NCBI GenBank assembly: GCA_034780895.1
Contig: JAUZTB010000107.1
Span: 33,404,738 to 33,468,737 of the forward strand
Source of the DNA: Rhynchobatus australiae
Taxonomy: Eukaryota
DNA length: 64,000 bases
Direction of reading: 5' to 3'
The notes below the pieces were generated by a model. The model was given only the letters and a program-made list of their open reading frames with translations. It was not told the origin of the DNA and ran no database searches. Positions 52,481 through 64,000 of the stretch are shown piece by piece. The first letter of the stretch is position 1; each line of letters begins with the position of its first letter. A program made the position numbers and the translations under genes.

Positions 52481-55400
52481 TCACAATTGTGATTCACTTA
52501 ACATATAATATACACAACATAGGAAGTGCCTCTATATCAAGTGCCTTGTTTTTAACTTGTGGTTTGCAACTGCAGTTTTATATAATTCTGGTCCAAGTTA
52601 TGTGATGCTTCATTTGAGTGAGTTGTATCAAAATACAAGCTGCTTACTTCCTTTGATTGAGAAGTTCAGTTTCAATCATTTTATGTTCATTACAAAAGAC
52701 AAATATTTTCAGATGTGTTTCAAGGCGTAATACCTTTGCATTCAAGTAAGACTGCTGAGCTGTTTAATCATGACTTATGATATTATGCCACACAAATCCT
52801 GGTGTCAATGGCCAGATTTGCCAACCTAATTCCCCTGGTGAAACTCAGTGTAAGGACAGTTACTTATACAACATAGTCATACCAAGAGCTGATCATTCTC
52901 AATTTTTAAATGGCCAACTGAACACGGTCATTTGCCCAAAGTTGGGAGCAGAACTCTACATTCTGAACTTGCAGCTTGAATTAAAGGCCACTGAGTTTCT
53001 TGCAGCTGATAGCAGCAAAGAATTGCATTCAAACAAGATTGGGCCCAAGATGGCAAGTATTTTATTTGTTAATAGTTAACACAGATTTAGGAAGAATTTG
53101 TGATCTGCTCTGGGTCTCACAAACAATATTTAGGCCTCTGTTTCATGCATTGGAGCTCCTGTCTAATTATGAGACCAGGACATCCCCAGCAGCTAGTCAT
53201 GTTGCCTATCCAATATTGACATGTTACTCCTCTGGGCCCGGTCTGTAAGTGGGAAGTGAACTTGCTATATGTCTTAAAAATCCCTGGGTCTTCCTTCTGA
53301 GCAATCTGCTACATACCTGCCACAGTCTTCTCAGATGCTTGTTAATCAATTCCTCTGTTTCTTTGGACCTAATTGTACAGTGTATTTCAGTTCGGCTGGA
53401 AAACTAATGTTAGCACTGATTTCTGAGCACAATCTTCTTAATAATCTATTAAAATATTCATGTGGACCCTGCAATGAAGTGGTAATAAGCTTAGTATTTT
53501 GAATAAAACTTTGAGTTCAATAATACCTTTTTGAAATAATAAACATTAAAATTCTATCCAATTATTTTTGATCCACTGGAGGTTCAAGGTGGGGTTTATT
53601 TTAATGATTCTGTTTATTGCGCTTACTCGAGCACTGCCCCCAAAAAATTCTAAATTGGTTGACTTTGTCTCAAATTACTATTAGGGATTTTGTAATTTAG
53701 TTGATAGAGCTTAAAGATAGCCCAGACCAGAGAAAATAAAAAAGATTCAGTGTGGGAATAAATAATATTGAACTTTGACATAAAGCATAGTCAAAAAATG
53801 ACAAAGACATTTGCATCATGCTGCCAATTCGTAAGAGGAAATGCTAAAGGTCGTGTGGTGAAGAGGCAGTAGCCAACTGGTTATTTTACATTGGTGGGTC
53901 ACAGAGGCACTCATTTAGATATTTACAAGGAAATTGAAAACATAGTTTTTTGAGGGCAATAATCCCTAAAACTGTGGAACAAGTCTTAGCATCCTATTTC
54001 GTGAAATATTTTCAGATTGGACTTCCATCTGACCTAATAAAAATGCTAGTCCTTCCAAAAACATTCCAGTCTCACCTGTTGTATCACTAGATTAAACAAA
54101 TTGAGAGTCCAGTTAATTTTTTGATAAATCTAACTTTACTTGGCGTAATTGGTGTATAAGAAAAAGAGTAGTTCTGCCGCATCAAATGTGACGAGAGAGC
54201 AACTATAAAATGCAGCGATAACGATTTTTTTTAAATGCAAGGTTTCCACTTCGACATTTTAAGAATCTTCCCTTAAAACAAGTGCAACTATTTAATAACA
54301 TCTGTGGTATATGGTCTTGAGTTTTATTGACATACTTTGTGAAAAGAGGTTGCCATTGGTCATATAGGTGGTAGAACAAAGATCATGCCTGCAATTTTAA
54401 TATTAGTGCTGGCTGTTTTACATGTGCTAATTCTTTAAAATAACAATCAAAGGAATTCCAAATGAAGGCATGAATGGTTTTTCAAATACTGCTGAATAAT
54501 TTTTAGGTTTTTTATATCGTGGTATTAATTCTGTTAATCCAATACACCAGAAAGTGCAATTTAAATATACATCACCCATCTTTTAGTAATGGGTAACAAA
54601 TTATATTTTTAGTGCTGTTTGCTTCATTCTTTACAGAATTTAATCTTTGTAGTCTGTTTAAGATGGGGAAAGTTGACTATATTGCTTTGATCAGTATAGT
54701 TCAGTGAAGTTTACAATGTTTTTACCTGGAATTCTTACTGTCATATAATTAGCACTCACTGAGTACATATGAAAAAAGTTGAGAAGAGAAAATGTCACAG
54801 GTACTTTGAAATGATCATTATTGCATAATTATAGTGCAACAGATGTTTGTAAAGACTTTTGTTTCAAAACACACAATTTAATAACCTTTCATTACTACAA
54901 CAACAACACATTATTAATTTCAACATTAATTTAAATCCCATTTAAATAGATCTTCAATAAGACACAGAGCAGCTGTTAAATCTTGAGTTGTTTGTTCTCT
55001 TTAGGCTTAAGCATTTTGAATTATTCAGCTGTGCATGTGCCAGAGACATTTTGAGCTGGATGGAATTTCTTGAAATGTGGATTTTCTACTTGGGCGTAGA
55101 ATAATAAAAAGCATGTGTGCTTTAAAGAGGGGTCAACTTAATGAGGAATGCAAGTAGTATAGAATTACTTCTGTATCCCATTACAGCATGTGCTAATATT
55201 TGCTAAACAAATTTTTGGAACATTTGTGCATAACATGAAGAAGTATTTTTTCAAGCAACTTGCCAATCCAGCACAATGGTGATTCCATAGGGGGCTTTTT
55301 AAAGATAGCAAGCTAATCATATATTTGATTGCACATCTCCTATGGTGACCCTGATCATTCTGCGACCCAAATTAAAATGATACCCCCTGACATTCATAAG

Positions 55401-55945
55401 ACTAAGCAATAAGATAAACTGGAAACAATTCATGTCACCTAAAGCTTTTTAACGAATCGATGCAACTATTTGTAATTGCTTGTTTCACAAGATTAAAAGT
55501 GTACAGACCTGACCTGTGTACTCAGTTTTGTGGCTAACATGACCTGTGCATTGGTCGTTAAAACAAACCACTTGTGATCAGCAATAATTTTCATCAAGAA
55601 ATCCATATTAGTAATATTTCTAGAATTTTAATGCAGTTTGAATTTATAGCTGATCAAATGCAGTAACCTAAATTGCTGTTACAAGGAGACAGTTTAACTG
55701 ACATTATTAATTATGGGAAAATTTAATGTTTAAGTACTGGCACTTGTATTGGTCAGCTTTATGACTGGGTCAGGAGGGTGTCAGAATAGTGCTTGATAAC
55801 TAGCCATTTCATCTGTTATGAGGAAATTTTCATGATATGTGATTAAAAATGGGAATAACACCGGAAAATGATGACTTTGGGTTTTGCAGGGATCAACATA
55901 ATCCTGAAAATGACAACACTGCAAACAGTGTGAACAACCAGCATT

Positions 55946-55951
55946 TTTATT
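55946..55951 (-). terminator. Distal polyadenylation signal AATAAA (a second one at 56005-56010)
   Basis: The minus strand reads aaatgcAATAAAaatgctggttgttcacactgtttgcagtgttgtcattttc: CA dinucleotides about 14-18 nt downstream, then a GU/U-rich tract. Confidence 0.7.
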
Positions 55952-57110
55952 GCATTTGAGAATGCTAATGTCAGTAATTAGTACTGACTACACACATGAA
56001 TTTTTTTATTGTCTGCATCAACAGACATGGAATGATGGATTACACTGATGTAAGGAATGAGTTCCTGTATGCCTCTACAATAATCTCTTAACTGGCAGCA
56101 ACAACGTTCAAAGCACCATGATAACACAATGTCCTCAATCTGTACCATTTTCCAAACAACCCTTTAAGAAACAGATTTTTATTCACTGCCTTTTGACAGT
56201 GTAAAGGCTGCGACTCTCATTCCTGACATTGAAGTTACCTGAATCATGGTACTTCGATCATGATAATGTATGCTTTTCTTAGAGAAAAAGCATGTAACAA
56301 ATTATCTTTACATCTTGGCACCTTGTAAAGTTCTTTTTTAAAAAAATTATTCAACAGGTTGACACTCCCCAGTTTTAATAATCATTACTTCACTGCAACT
56401 GGCCCTGGAATTCATCATGCTAAGTATTCACGACAGCAGGAAGAGAAATGACTTTTTAAACTGTCTTCTCCAAATCCTTCAAACTTTTAAGACAGCTGCA
56501 GAGGGCAGTGGCTGGACCTTTGTAAGCGAGAAGTATCAAAACAGCCTAACACAAACAAAACTGTACAAAATGCTTCGTTCAATGGTAACTTAAAATTCTG
56601 TCAACTGTACTACAGTTAAAGCAAAAAAAAGTAAGGGATTTTCTCCCAAATGTCAGCAACTGTCTTCTGTTATTCTCAAAGCAAGGGTTAATAAGTAAAA
56701 TACATGTGCAGAACATTTTGCAGTTTCAATACATACAGTCGTTTTCAAAGCTTTCTTTTAATATAGTCAATACAAAGCAGTTGCACAAAAGCAAATGTGA
56801 TTTAACAGACTTTTTTTGTTTTGTTTAAAAGAACAGTGTTTAAAAAGAAACAGAATAGACAAAGGCTTGCACCGACACATTGGGATATTTATGTACAATG
56901 TAACAAACCCCCACCCTTTAGAAGCAACTGTATATCCAAACGGATATGGTGACAATGTTCAGTCATTGAAATCCTGTACATAAAGAGCCTGAGGTTCAGA
57001 GTTGATTCTGCTGAAAGGCTGTGGCACCTGCTAGATATGCAAGCTCTAATTTTGCTAGTCTTTAGACTAAACATGCAAGACATACAACTAAGTGCAACTG
57101 AGTGAAATGT

Positions 57111-57116
57111 TTTATT
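57111..57116 (-). terminator. Candidate proximal polyadenylation signal AATAAA
   Basis: The minus strand reads aaAATAAAacatttcactcagttgcacttagttgtatgtcttgcatgttt, with a GU-rich downstream tract. Confidence 0.5.
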
Positions 57117-59600
57117 TTTCATTCCCTAAAAGTCTGAACTGAGGTATGCGTACTAACAGTTTCTCATGCTGTTAACTTTAGTCATGTCTAGCTACACATG
57201 CTGAGAATGTACTAATCTAACCATCTTATTCCCTCAAATACAGAGCTAACCAACAGGCCACTCAGTTTGAAAGCATGGGATCTCTTCTCATGATCCCATT
57301 TAGCAACTGCCTGTACATCCTCATGAAGCTGCCCGGAATGCCATTACAAATATATATTTTAAAAGACCACAGACTGCCCATTTAACATAAAGTTGGATTA
57401 TGCTGAAAAATAACTGCTGTAATGTCTCTTGTACCAAGCTAATGAGTGCACAGGAGTGTTTTTCTATGACGAACGTGGAAACGAAACAAACATTTCTGAA
57501 GAAGTGTGCCAAGTAAACTAATTGTAAGTAACCTTGGCATAAAGGAGATTGGTCTCCAAACAAAAGTGGCACACCATCTTTCAAATACAGCCTCCATAAT
57601 GAGCATTTTCCCAAAAAAAAACTTATTATGTGGTCCAGTTCTATCTCGGAAGCTATTCCTTTGCTCTCTGTAATACCACTGGAATCTTGCATCTTCAGCT
57701 TTCTTTTTGCATTACTCTCATCTGCACAGAAAAGTTCTACATTCACCTTCCCTTGATGGAATGCTCCCTTTTTTTGTGGCCTCAGTGCCATAATTCCCTG
57801 GTTTGGTCACCAATTTCGACAATTAAGTTTTCCTACTGTGAGCAAATTTGGTCATTGTAGGAAAAAAAATCTGGGTTTTCAGAGATAATACCTTTGGTTC
57901 AAACATCCACCTGGCCTNNNNNNGACATTGTTAAAAGGAGACTTTAACATCACAGGTTATTGTCTGTGCATCAGTCCATTTTTAGCCATTTCCCTCTAGA
58001 TTTCTGGTACCTCCTTTGATCAACAATAAGAGGATATTTGGCTTCATCAGATAAAGCATCAAACAGAGAACATAATTTACCTTTAAGATCATCTTTGGTA
58101 ATCTCAGAAAAAATTATCTGATTTAAAAAAAACAGCAAAAATAAATAAAGCTCTGAAAGCTTTTTCAACTGACAACCTATATAGTCCTAAATAAATACAT
58201 GAGAGTGGGGTTTGGGGGAGGTGACAGAAAAGTGACCAGTCGCAGTCTTGAGACAGGAAAGATGTTGAGTGTTATGGAAAACAATTCAATGACCTATATT
58301 AACAGAATTACCTTCTGTACGTAAAGTTTGCTTCAGGATCACAATAGGCTTGCAAGATAAGCTCTAGTGACATAGCTTTCTATTTTGATACCTACTGCGA
58401 ACTTTTCTAAGTTTGCTGAAATAACAAATAGCTACTCAACACAGCACTGGACATAAAAGTCTTAACTGAAAAGCTTAAACTGCAGTGTAAATTATTATTT
58501 ATACAGACAACATATTTCCATGTTCTACTTGCTTTCAAATCCTGTATCTCCTTACTACATTGCTGAACCTGAACAACAGGAATAGATCTATGGTGCATAT
58601 GCAGGAGACAAGGGATAGTTACTAAATGTCTTTTTTTTTCTGTCATTCTGTCCCCTTGTTCACTGGCTCCATCATTCCTAGAAGCGAACCTTTCTCTGGA
58701 GTTTGGAACGTTGGTTCTGCCAGTTGATGCTAAAAGTTGAGCCTACCGATTACTGACTCAGACAAAATAAGCAGTATTATTAAACTGTACACATAATGAA
58801 AACTGGCCTGAGGTTTAATTGTTTTTTTAAAAAATAATCTCAATGAAGTTAAGGGGAGTGGATGACAGAAAAACTACTGGATGTGTAACAAACTGATGCG
58901 AGGCATTTTGTCCCGTTGGTTTAAAAAAAACATTCAACCACTACATAGAGCTTAATGAGGTCCTCCAAAGGCCTGTGGCCTGCAATTATAAAACTGCTTG
59001 GATGCAGCAGAAGCAAACAGTGACACAATAAAATTTCAGCGAATTATTTTTCACAAATTATTTCCCTTCTCCCCTGCCCCATGAAAACAAGTGTGGATTA
59101 AAGGCAGTGATATTAAAACAATCCACTTCCAGTACTGTGCAATTCAGTTTTAGCCTCAGTCTTCCATTTGAATATGCAAGTTCTGGGAAGAGCTCTACCT
59201 GCAGTTTGAACTATTAACAGTTTTGATCAGACCCATGAGTCCAACTTGGCAGAACTGCAGTCCAAAGTCAGCTGCAAAGTCTGTGAGGGTGACAGTACAG
59301 CTCAGTAACTTTCAACACTGATGTTGACTTCAGGAGAGGAAAATCCCAAGTACCAAACAAGTCCATCCAATGTACGTAGAATACAAATTCCTTTTTTCCA
59401 ACAAAAAGTAGAAAAAAATCAGAAACATTCCCCAATGGGATTCTTAATGGCACTAAAAGTCATTTAAAACATTTCATTACTTTGTCAAAAAGGGGCTGAA
59501 AATTCCTCCAAACTGCCACATTAGGGAGAGATTTCACAGGTAAGTCTGACAAGCTTTCTTTTATTTTAATCTTCAGCTCAGGAAATGATGGGAAGCATGC

Positions 59601-59745
59601 TCATTCCATGTCTTCATTCCCTGGGTCCTCTTCAAATTCTCTGTCATTGTCCAGCTCTGGACTATGATTTGCTGTTGTCACTAAAGACAGGGGCCCTTCC
59701 ATGTCCTCTGGGTCCATTGGCTCCTCTTTAACATGGATGGGATAC
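59601..59745 (-). CDS. FOXP1: Terminal coding exon of a forkhead box P transcription factor, most like FOXP1 (partial gene; upstream exons lie beyond the window)
   Basis: After the acceptor ggttttgttctag, 1 nt plus 48 codons: [47 protein letters not shown]. This matches the FOXP1 C-terminus as I recall it ([44 protein letters not shown]). Confidence 0.93.
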
Positions 59746-59775
59746 CTAGAACAAAACCAGACCATTTTACTTCAG
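59746..59775 (-). promoter_or_regulatory. 3' splice acceptor of the last FOXP1 intron
   Basis: The minus strand reads ctgaagtaaaatggtctggttttgttctAG|G, with AG at 59747-59746; phase-2 junction. Confidence 0.85.
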
Positions 59776-62469
59776 GCAGCAATAAAGGGAAATATTTGTT
59801 TGACTGTGTTTAATTGAATAGCAAAGTGAATGATGCAGCATGTTTTTTTATATATATTAACAATGTTCGAATCAAAGTGAGAAGAGCTCTAGAAACTAGA
59901 AACAAACTATCAAAAAGATACATAACAAATGATTTTTAAACTAATAAAACAATAGATTTACAACATTCAGGAAACACAAATTAAATGAAAATAAGTGCAA
60001 CAAAGCAGCTGTTTGTCAAGCACCTTGTGGAGGCTGATCACTGTGTGTAATGCTGCTCTAGTTAACATGCAGAACCTGTGAGCCTTTTCTCTAGAGGATG
60101 ACCCTGAGTGAGGTTCTATCATTAATCAACTTCAACCAAACACAGCAACCAGACACCATGATACATGCTTTAAACTCCAAATTAATGCATATTTTTACAA
60201 ACTGTCAATAATGGAAGAAAAGCACTGCCAGGAAACATAGGCTGAGGGGAAAAAGCCTGCTAAACACAACAGTGTGATAAGAAACTGCATTCCTAACGAG
60301 AATAATAATGCTGTCAGTTGTAAACAAGGCAGAACATGATCCCAGCCCTTGGACTGGGCAAGGGATGCACTAAGGAGATGAGATCTGCCAAATTCTCATT
60401 ACTGAATAGCACATGAATAACCCATGGGGGGAAACGTGGGTTGATTTTATGAAACCACAGTGATAACAATTGAAAAATGTCTTGTGTAAATCACATTTAC
60501 AACAATCTAGTCAGAAACACAAATAGATTTTGGGGTAGCTCTGTCAGCATGCTCATGTAAACACGCCAATAAGCAAACAGTGCCTTCCTGAGTGACCAGA
60601 ATTAAAATAAGACACTGTGTTCAAAATGAGTTTGTTTCTTTTGCTTAACTATCATGCACTAAAACAGGAAGTAAAGTGGAAAAAACAGAGAACGCCCTTG
60701 CTGCTTTCAAAACAATCAACTTTTTAAAGACATTCATTTCTTTATCTTTCTGAAAAAGTGGCAATAAATTTGACTTTGTTTTGCAGCTTCCCCCACCCAA
60801 ACCTGCTGTTTGACCTCATCACCAATAAGCCTTGCTGTGCTTAAATTCCCTGTAATAACAGCCGCTCCCCAACTTACATTTTTCCATGTTTATCTGCAGC
60901 ATTTGCATGAAAATCTATTTGTTTATTTGATTTATAACGAGAATGAATTTCAACAAAACTCCATGTTTGGAAGAATAATGTGCTTTGCCAATGTACACAA
61001 CCTACTAACTCACTTTGGAACATGTCAGTATGAAAGTGTCATCTTGATGCAGTAATTAATTTACTGGATGTGTACTTCCCAGTATTTCAAAGATCAACAA
61101 AAACTTCAGTGGTTTGTAGCCACAATGAGAACATGTCTCAATTAACAATACATACTTTGTTACTGATATGTTTTTAAAAGAGTATTTATAAAACTTTCAG
61201 CAAGTGTCTCACATAACTATTTAAATTCTTACGCAACACTTCATCGGGGTATGTTTTCAAATCAGGTACAAAGCAGTGTTGATTTTATCTAAGCCACTGT
61301 TCATGCACAACCTACCAGATGTGACACAGTAACAAAAAAGAATTCAAAGATCATGTGCTTCTGGTAAATGCTATTAACAAAATAGAGAATGTACCATGAC
61401 TCCACAAAGNNNNNNNNNNNNNNNNNNNNNNNNNNNNNNNNNNNNNNNNNNNNNNNNNNNNNNNNNNNNNNNNNNNNNNNNNNNNNNNNNNNNNNNNNNN
61501 NNNNNNNNNNNNNNNNNNNNNNNNNNNNNNNNNNNNNNNNNNNNNNNNNNNNNNNNNNNNNNNNNNNNNNNNNNNNNNNNNNNNNNNNNNNNNNNNNNNN
61601 NNNNNNNNNNNNNNNNNNNNNNNNNNNNNNTAAAGATTGCAAAATGATGCATTTTTCCAGCACCAGCTGGGGGGAATTTGCTCAATAATCCCTATAAATA
61701 CTGAACACCCAGAGGGACTGCACACCCACCCATCCTGCCTTACCCTTCCTGTTCCAAAATTCTACCCTCAACACCACCCATATATAGCATGGACAGCAAT
61801 CTCCTATTACTTCATACTGTTATATATGCGCTCATTATATTGCCGTCTGGTACTATAATGCTCCTATTAATTTTCCTTTTGATATTTTAAGAGTGATCTA
61901 TAAATCATGAAGCCTTTCATATGAGCCACCATTAATGCTTGGCAATGATGCTGTTTGCAGCATATTATTTTAAGCTTATAATGCAAGGAAGTGAATGAGC
62001 AGTTTTATTCCACAGAATTTATTACAACTTTTAGGTTTATAGTGGCTGCAGGCAAAATTATTTAACACCTTTGTTTGAGTGGCTGCATTGTTATCAGAAT
62101 CATTTGCTATGCAAAATGATGCAAAGGGTTGTACTCTAACCAGGTTATATTGAAAAAGAAACAACTTTGCTGTAGGCCACCTTGGATCTAATCATGCCAC
62201 TTTTTGAATTTGTATGCTTCTTTGAATAGTTATTTTCCTGACCGATGATAGAATCAAGCTGTGGAGCTACACACCCAGCTCTGCCACTTAAAGTACTCAT
62301 TTACAGAGTGGCACTTGCTAATATGACGGTGTTCANNNNNNNNNNNNNNNNNNNNNNNNNNNNNNNNNNNNNNNNNNNNNNNNNNNNNNNNNNNNNNNNN
62401 NNNNNNNNNNNNNNNNNNNNNNNNNNNNNNNNNNNACTCCCTCATTTGCTGAGGAGTTGTGAATGGAAC

Positions 62470-63290
62470 TGAATATTATTTAGTGTTCATGAAATGATGT
62501 CTTGAGATTGGATGATTGACTTCCAACAACCATATCAGCTTTGTTTTTGCAAAGCATGCCTCCAACTATTGGAGTTTTTTTTCCTTTGATGCCCATTAAT
62601 TTCAATTTCACCATCGATTTTGTTATGCATGCCAAATGGTGCCTTGATGTCAAGGGCAGTCATTCTCACTTCACCTATGGAATTCAATTCTTTGGTCTAT
62701 ATTTTGGCTATGATGAGGTCTGTAACTAAGTTGTCCTGGCAAAACCAAAACTGGGCTATGGTGAACAGGTTATTGGTAATTATTCCTTGACAGCTCTGTT
62801 GGTGAGACTTTATGTAATTTTGTTGATAACTGGCTTTTGCTGATGTTTGGGCACTAATTGGATGAGTCTTTTTAGAAACAGGATATACGTATGTGGAGAA
62901 TTGTTTGTACTGTCTGGAAGATGCCAGTATTTTACTGTACTGGAACAGTTTGAGAGGCTCAGCTGGTTCTGGATGGCAGATCTTCATACCATAAATGAGA
63001 TGATATCTAGCTCCATGGCCTTTGCTGTAACTAGTGCTCTCAGTCGTATCTTGTTATCATGAGGAGTGAATTGGCTGAAGGCTGGCTTCTCTGATGGTGG
63101 GAATTTCAGGAGGAAGCTTAACTGGATCAGCCAGTTAGCACATCTGGCTGCACATGGTTGTGAATACTTCAGCCTTGTCTTTAACACTTATGTACTGGAT
63201 CCTGCTATTATTGAGGAAGTGATGTTCTTGGGGCCTCTTCCTTTCATTAACTATTTAATTGTCCACTACTGTTCAGAACTAGCTGTAGCA
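62470..63290 (-). mobile_element. Decayed LINE RT fragment (CR1/L2 superclade), intronic
   Basis: The reverse of gccttgatgtcaagggcagtca is TALDIKA (RT motif); ORF 62697-62987 PLKLFQYS...VYPVSKK...ITNNLFTIAQFWFCQ. Confidence 0.75.
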
Positions 63291-63299
63291 AGACTGCGT

Positions 63300-63515
63300 C
63301 CTGGCCTCACCCTAGCAGAGACATTCCCTTTTGGCCTATCCATCCCTCTCATATACTCTCTGCAACTTAGAGCTACCTTTTACAGTTCTATGAGAGGTTA
63401 TCGAATCAAAGCATTAACTCTGTTTCTCTTTCCACAGATGCTGCCTGACCTGCTGAATTTTTCCAGAATTTTCTGTTTTAATTTCAGATTTTGAACATCT
63501 GCTGTTTTCTACCTT
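63300..63515 (+). mobile_element. Penelope terminal-repeat / MER6-like element
   Basis: attaactctgtttctctttccacagatgctgcctgacctgctgaatttttccagaattttctgttttaatttcagatt. Confidence 0.7.
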
Positions 63516-64000
63516 CATTTACATGGAGCATATGCGGATTAATCATACAACATACTCTCTAAATTTGGCCAATTTCTCTTCCATATTATTAGTAGTAAAA
63601 TTTAACAGTCAGTGAGGGGGGCAAAAAGCATTCCTAACACAAGAGTTAAATATAATTTAGAACAGCATAGCTTACAGATATGCACAGACTTAAAATTGAA
63701 GGAAAGCTTTTTACAACCTGTACTATTATAAACTTTATGGCATAGAGATGAAAAGTCACTTGAAGAAAATTAATTCAACTGGATGGTATCAGGGAAAGAG
63801 TTTGAAGGATACAACGACCATCTGAAAGCAAAAAGATAACAAGAGGGAAAATGAGCATGAAATTCATTGGTATGAATGGAGGAAACTCACTGTCATAGGA
63901 CTACAGCTGAATCACTGAACAGGTTACTCGGTGGCAGCATTGTCTGTGGAGCTGGAAAATATGGGATCCAAACCCAGATGAAAGGAAGAAAACAAATAAA

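Larger units (their letters stand above)
55925..59600 (-). other. FOXP1: FOXP1 3' UTR (about 3.7 kb to the distal poly(A) site)
   Basis: Directly follows the TGA; no recognisable repeats; U-rich on the minus strand (A-tracts on +); ends at AATAAA with a GU-rich downstream element. The end point is inferred. Confidence 0.7.
59746..64000 (-). other. FOXP1: Last intron of FOXP1 (continues past the window end)
   Basis: I found no sequence encoding the expected penultimate exon in 59.75-64 kb, although two gaps lie in this interval. Confidence 0.7.

Noticed and set aside
56270-56293. Imperfect hairpin atgcttttct-tag-agaaaaagcat in the 3'UTR
   Set aside because: Short and AT-rich; expected by chance without covariation evidence.
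57321-57791. 156-aa minus-strand ORF
   Set aside because: It lies inside the inferred FOXP1 3'UTR, has no recognisable domain, and is probably a chance ORF.
59560-59565. AATAAA about 36 nt after the FOXP1 stop codon
   Set aside because: It sits in an A-rich run with no clear GU-rich downstream element, and the long UTR-like sequence continues.
60872-60877. GTAAGT donor-like site on the minus strand in the last intron
   Set aside because: I found no matching acceptor or FoxP-like reading frame upstream, so it is not the penultimate exon.
1-64000. A novel multi-gene system, operon or CRISPR-like array
   Set aside because: This is eukaryotic gene-desert DNA. There is no regularly spaced repeat-spacer array, and every RT or endonuclease ORF is a broken fragment of a known retroelement clade.

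Overview
Vertebrate nuclear DNA, about 38-40% GC by eye, with many N gaps. The V-SINE/HE1, HER1-like CR1, Deu-domain SINE, Rex1 and Penelope repeats point to a cartilaginous fish (shark or ray; inference). The only host coding sequence I can support is the terminal exon of a FoxP gene, most like FOXP1, on the minus strand at 59601-59745 ([47 protein letters not shown]), which the ORF track misses. It is followed by a repeat-free 3'UTR of about 3.7 kb running down to about 55.9 kb, with tandem poly(A) signals and seed matches for miR-9, miR-34, miR-150 and miR-1. The other ~55 kb is downstream gene desert: decayed retroelements alternate with repeat-poor, AT-rich blocks that look like conserved non-coding elements. 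I found no evidence of a new multi-gene system. The best leads are the FOXP1 3'UTR architecture, candidate enhancers (including a perfect DR4) and a Penelope insertion with an intact 14-bp target-site duplication. Repeat boundaries are approximate, and family names come from remembered motifs, not a database search.
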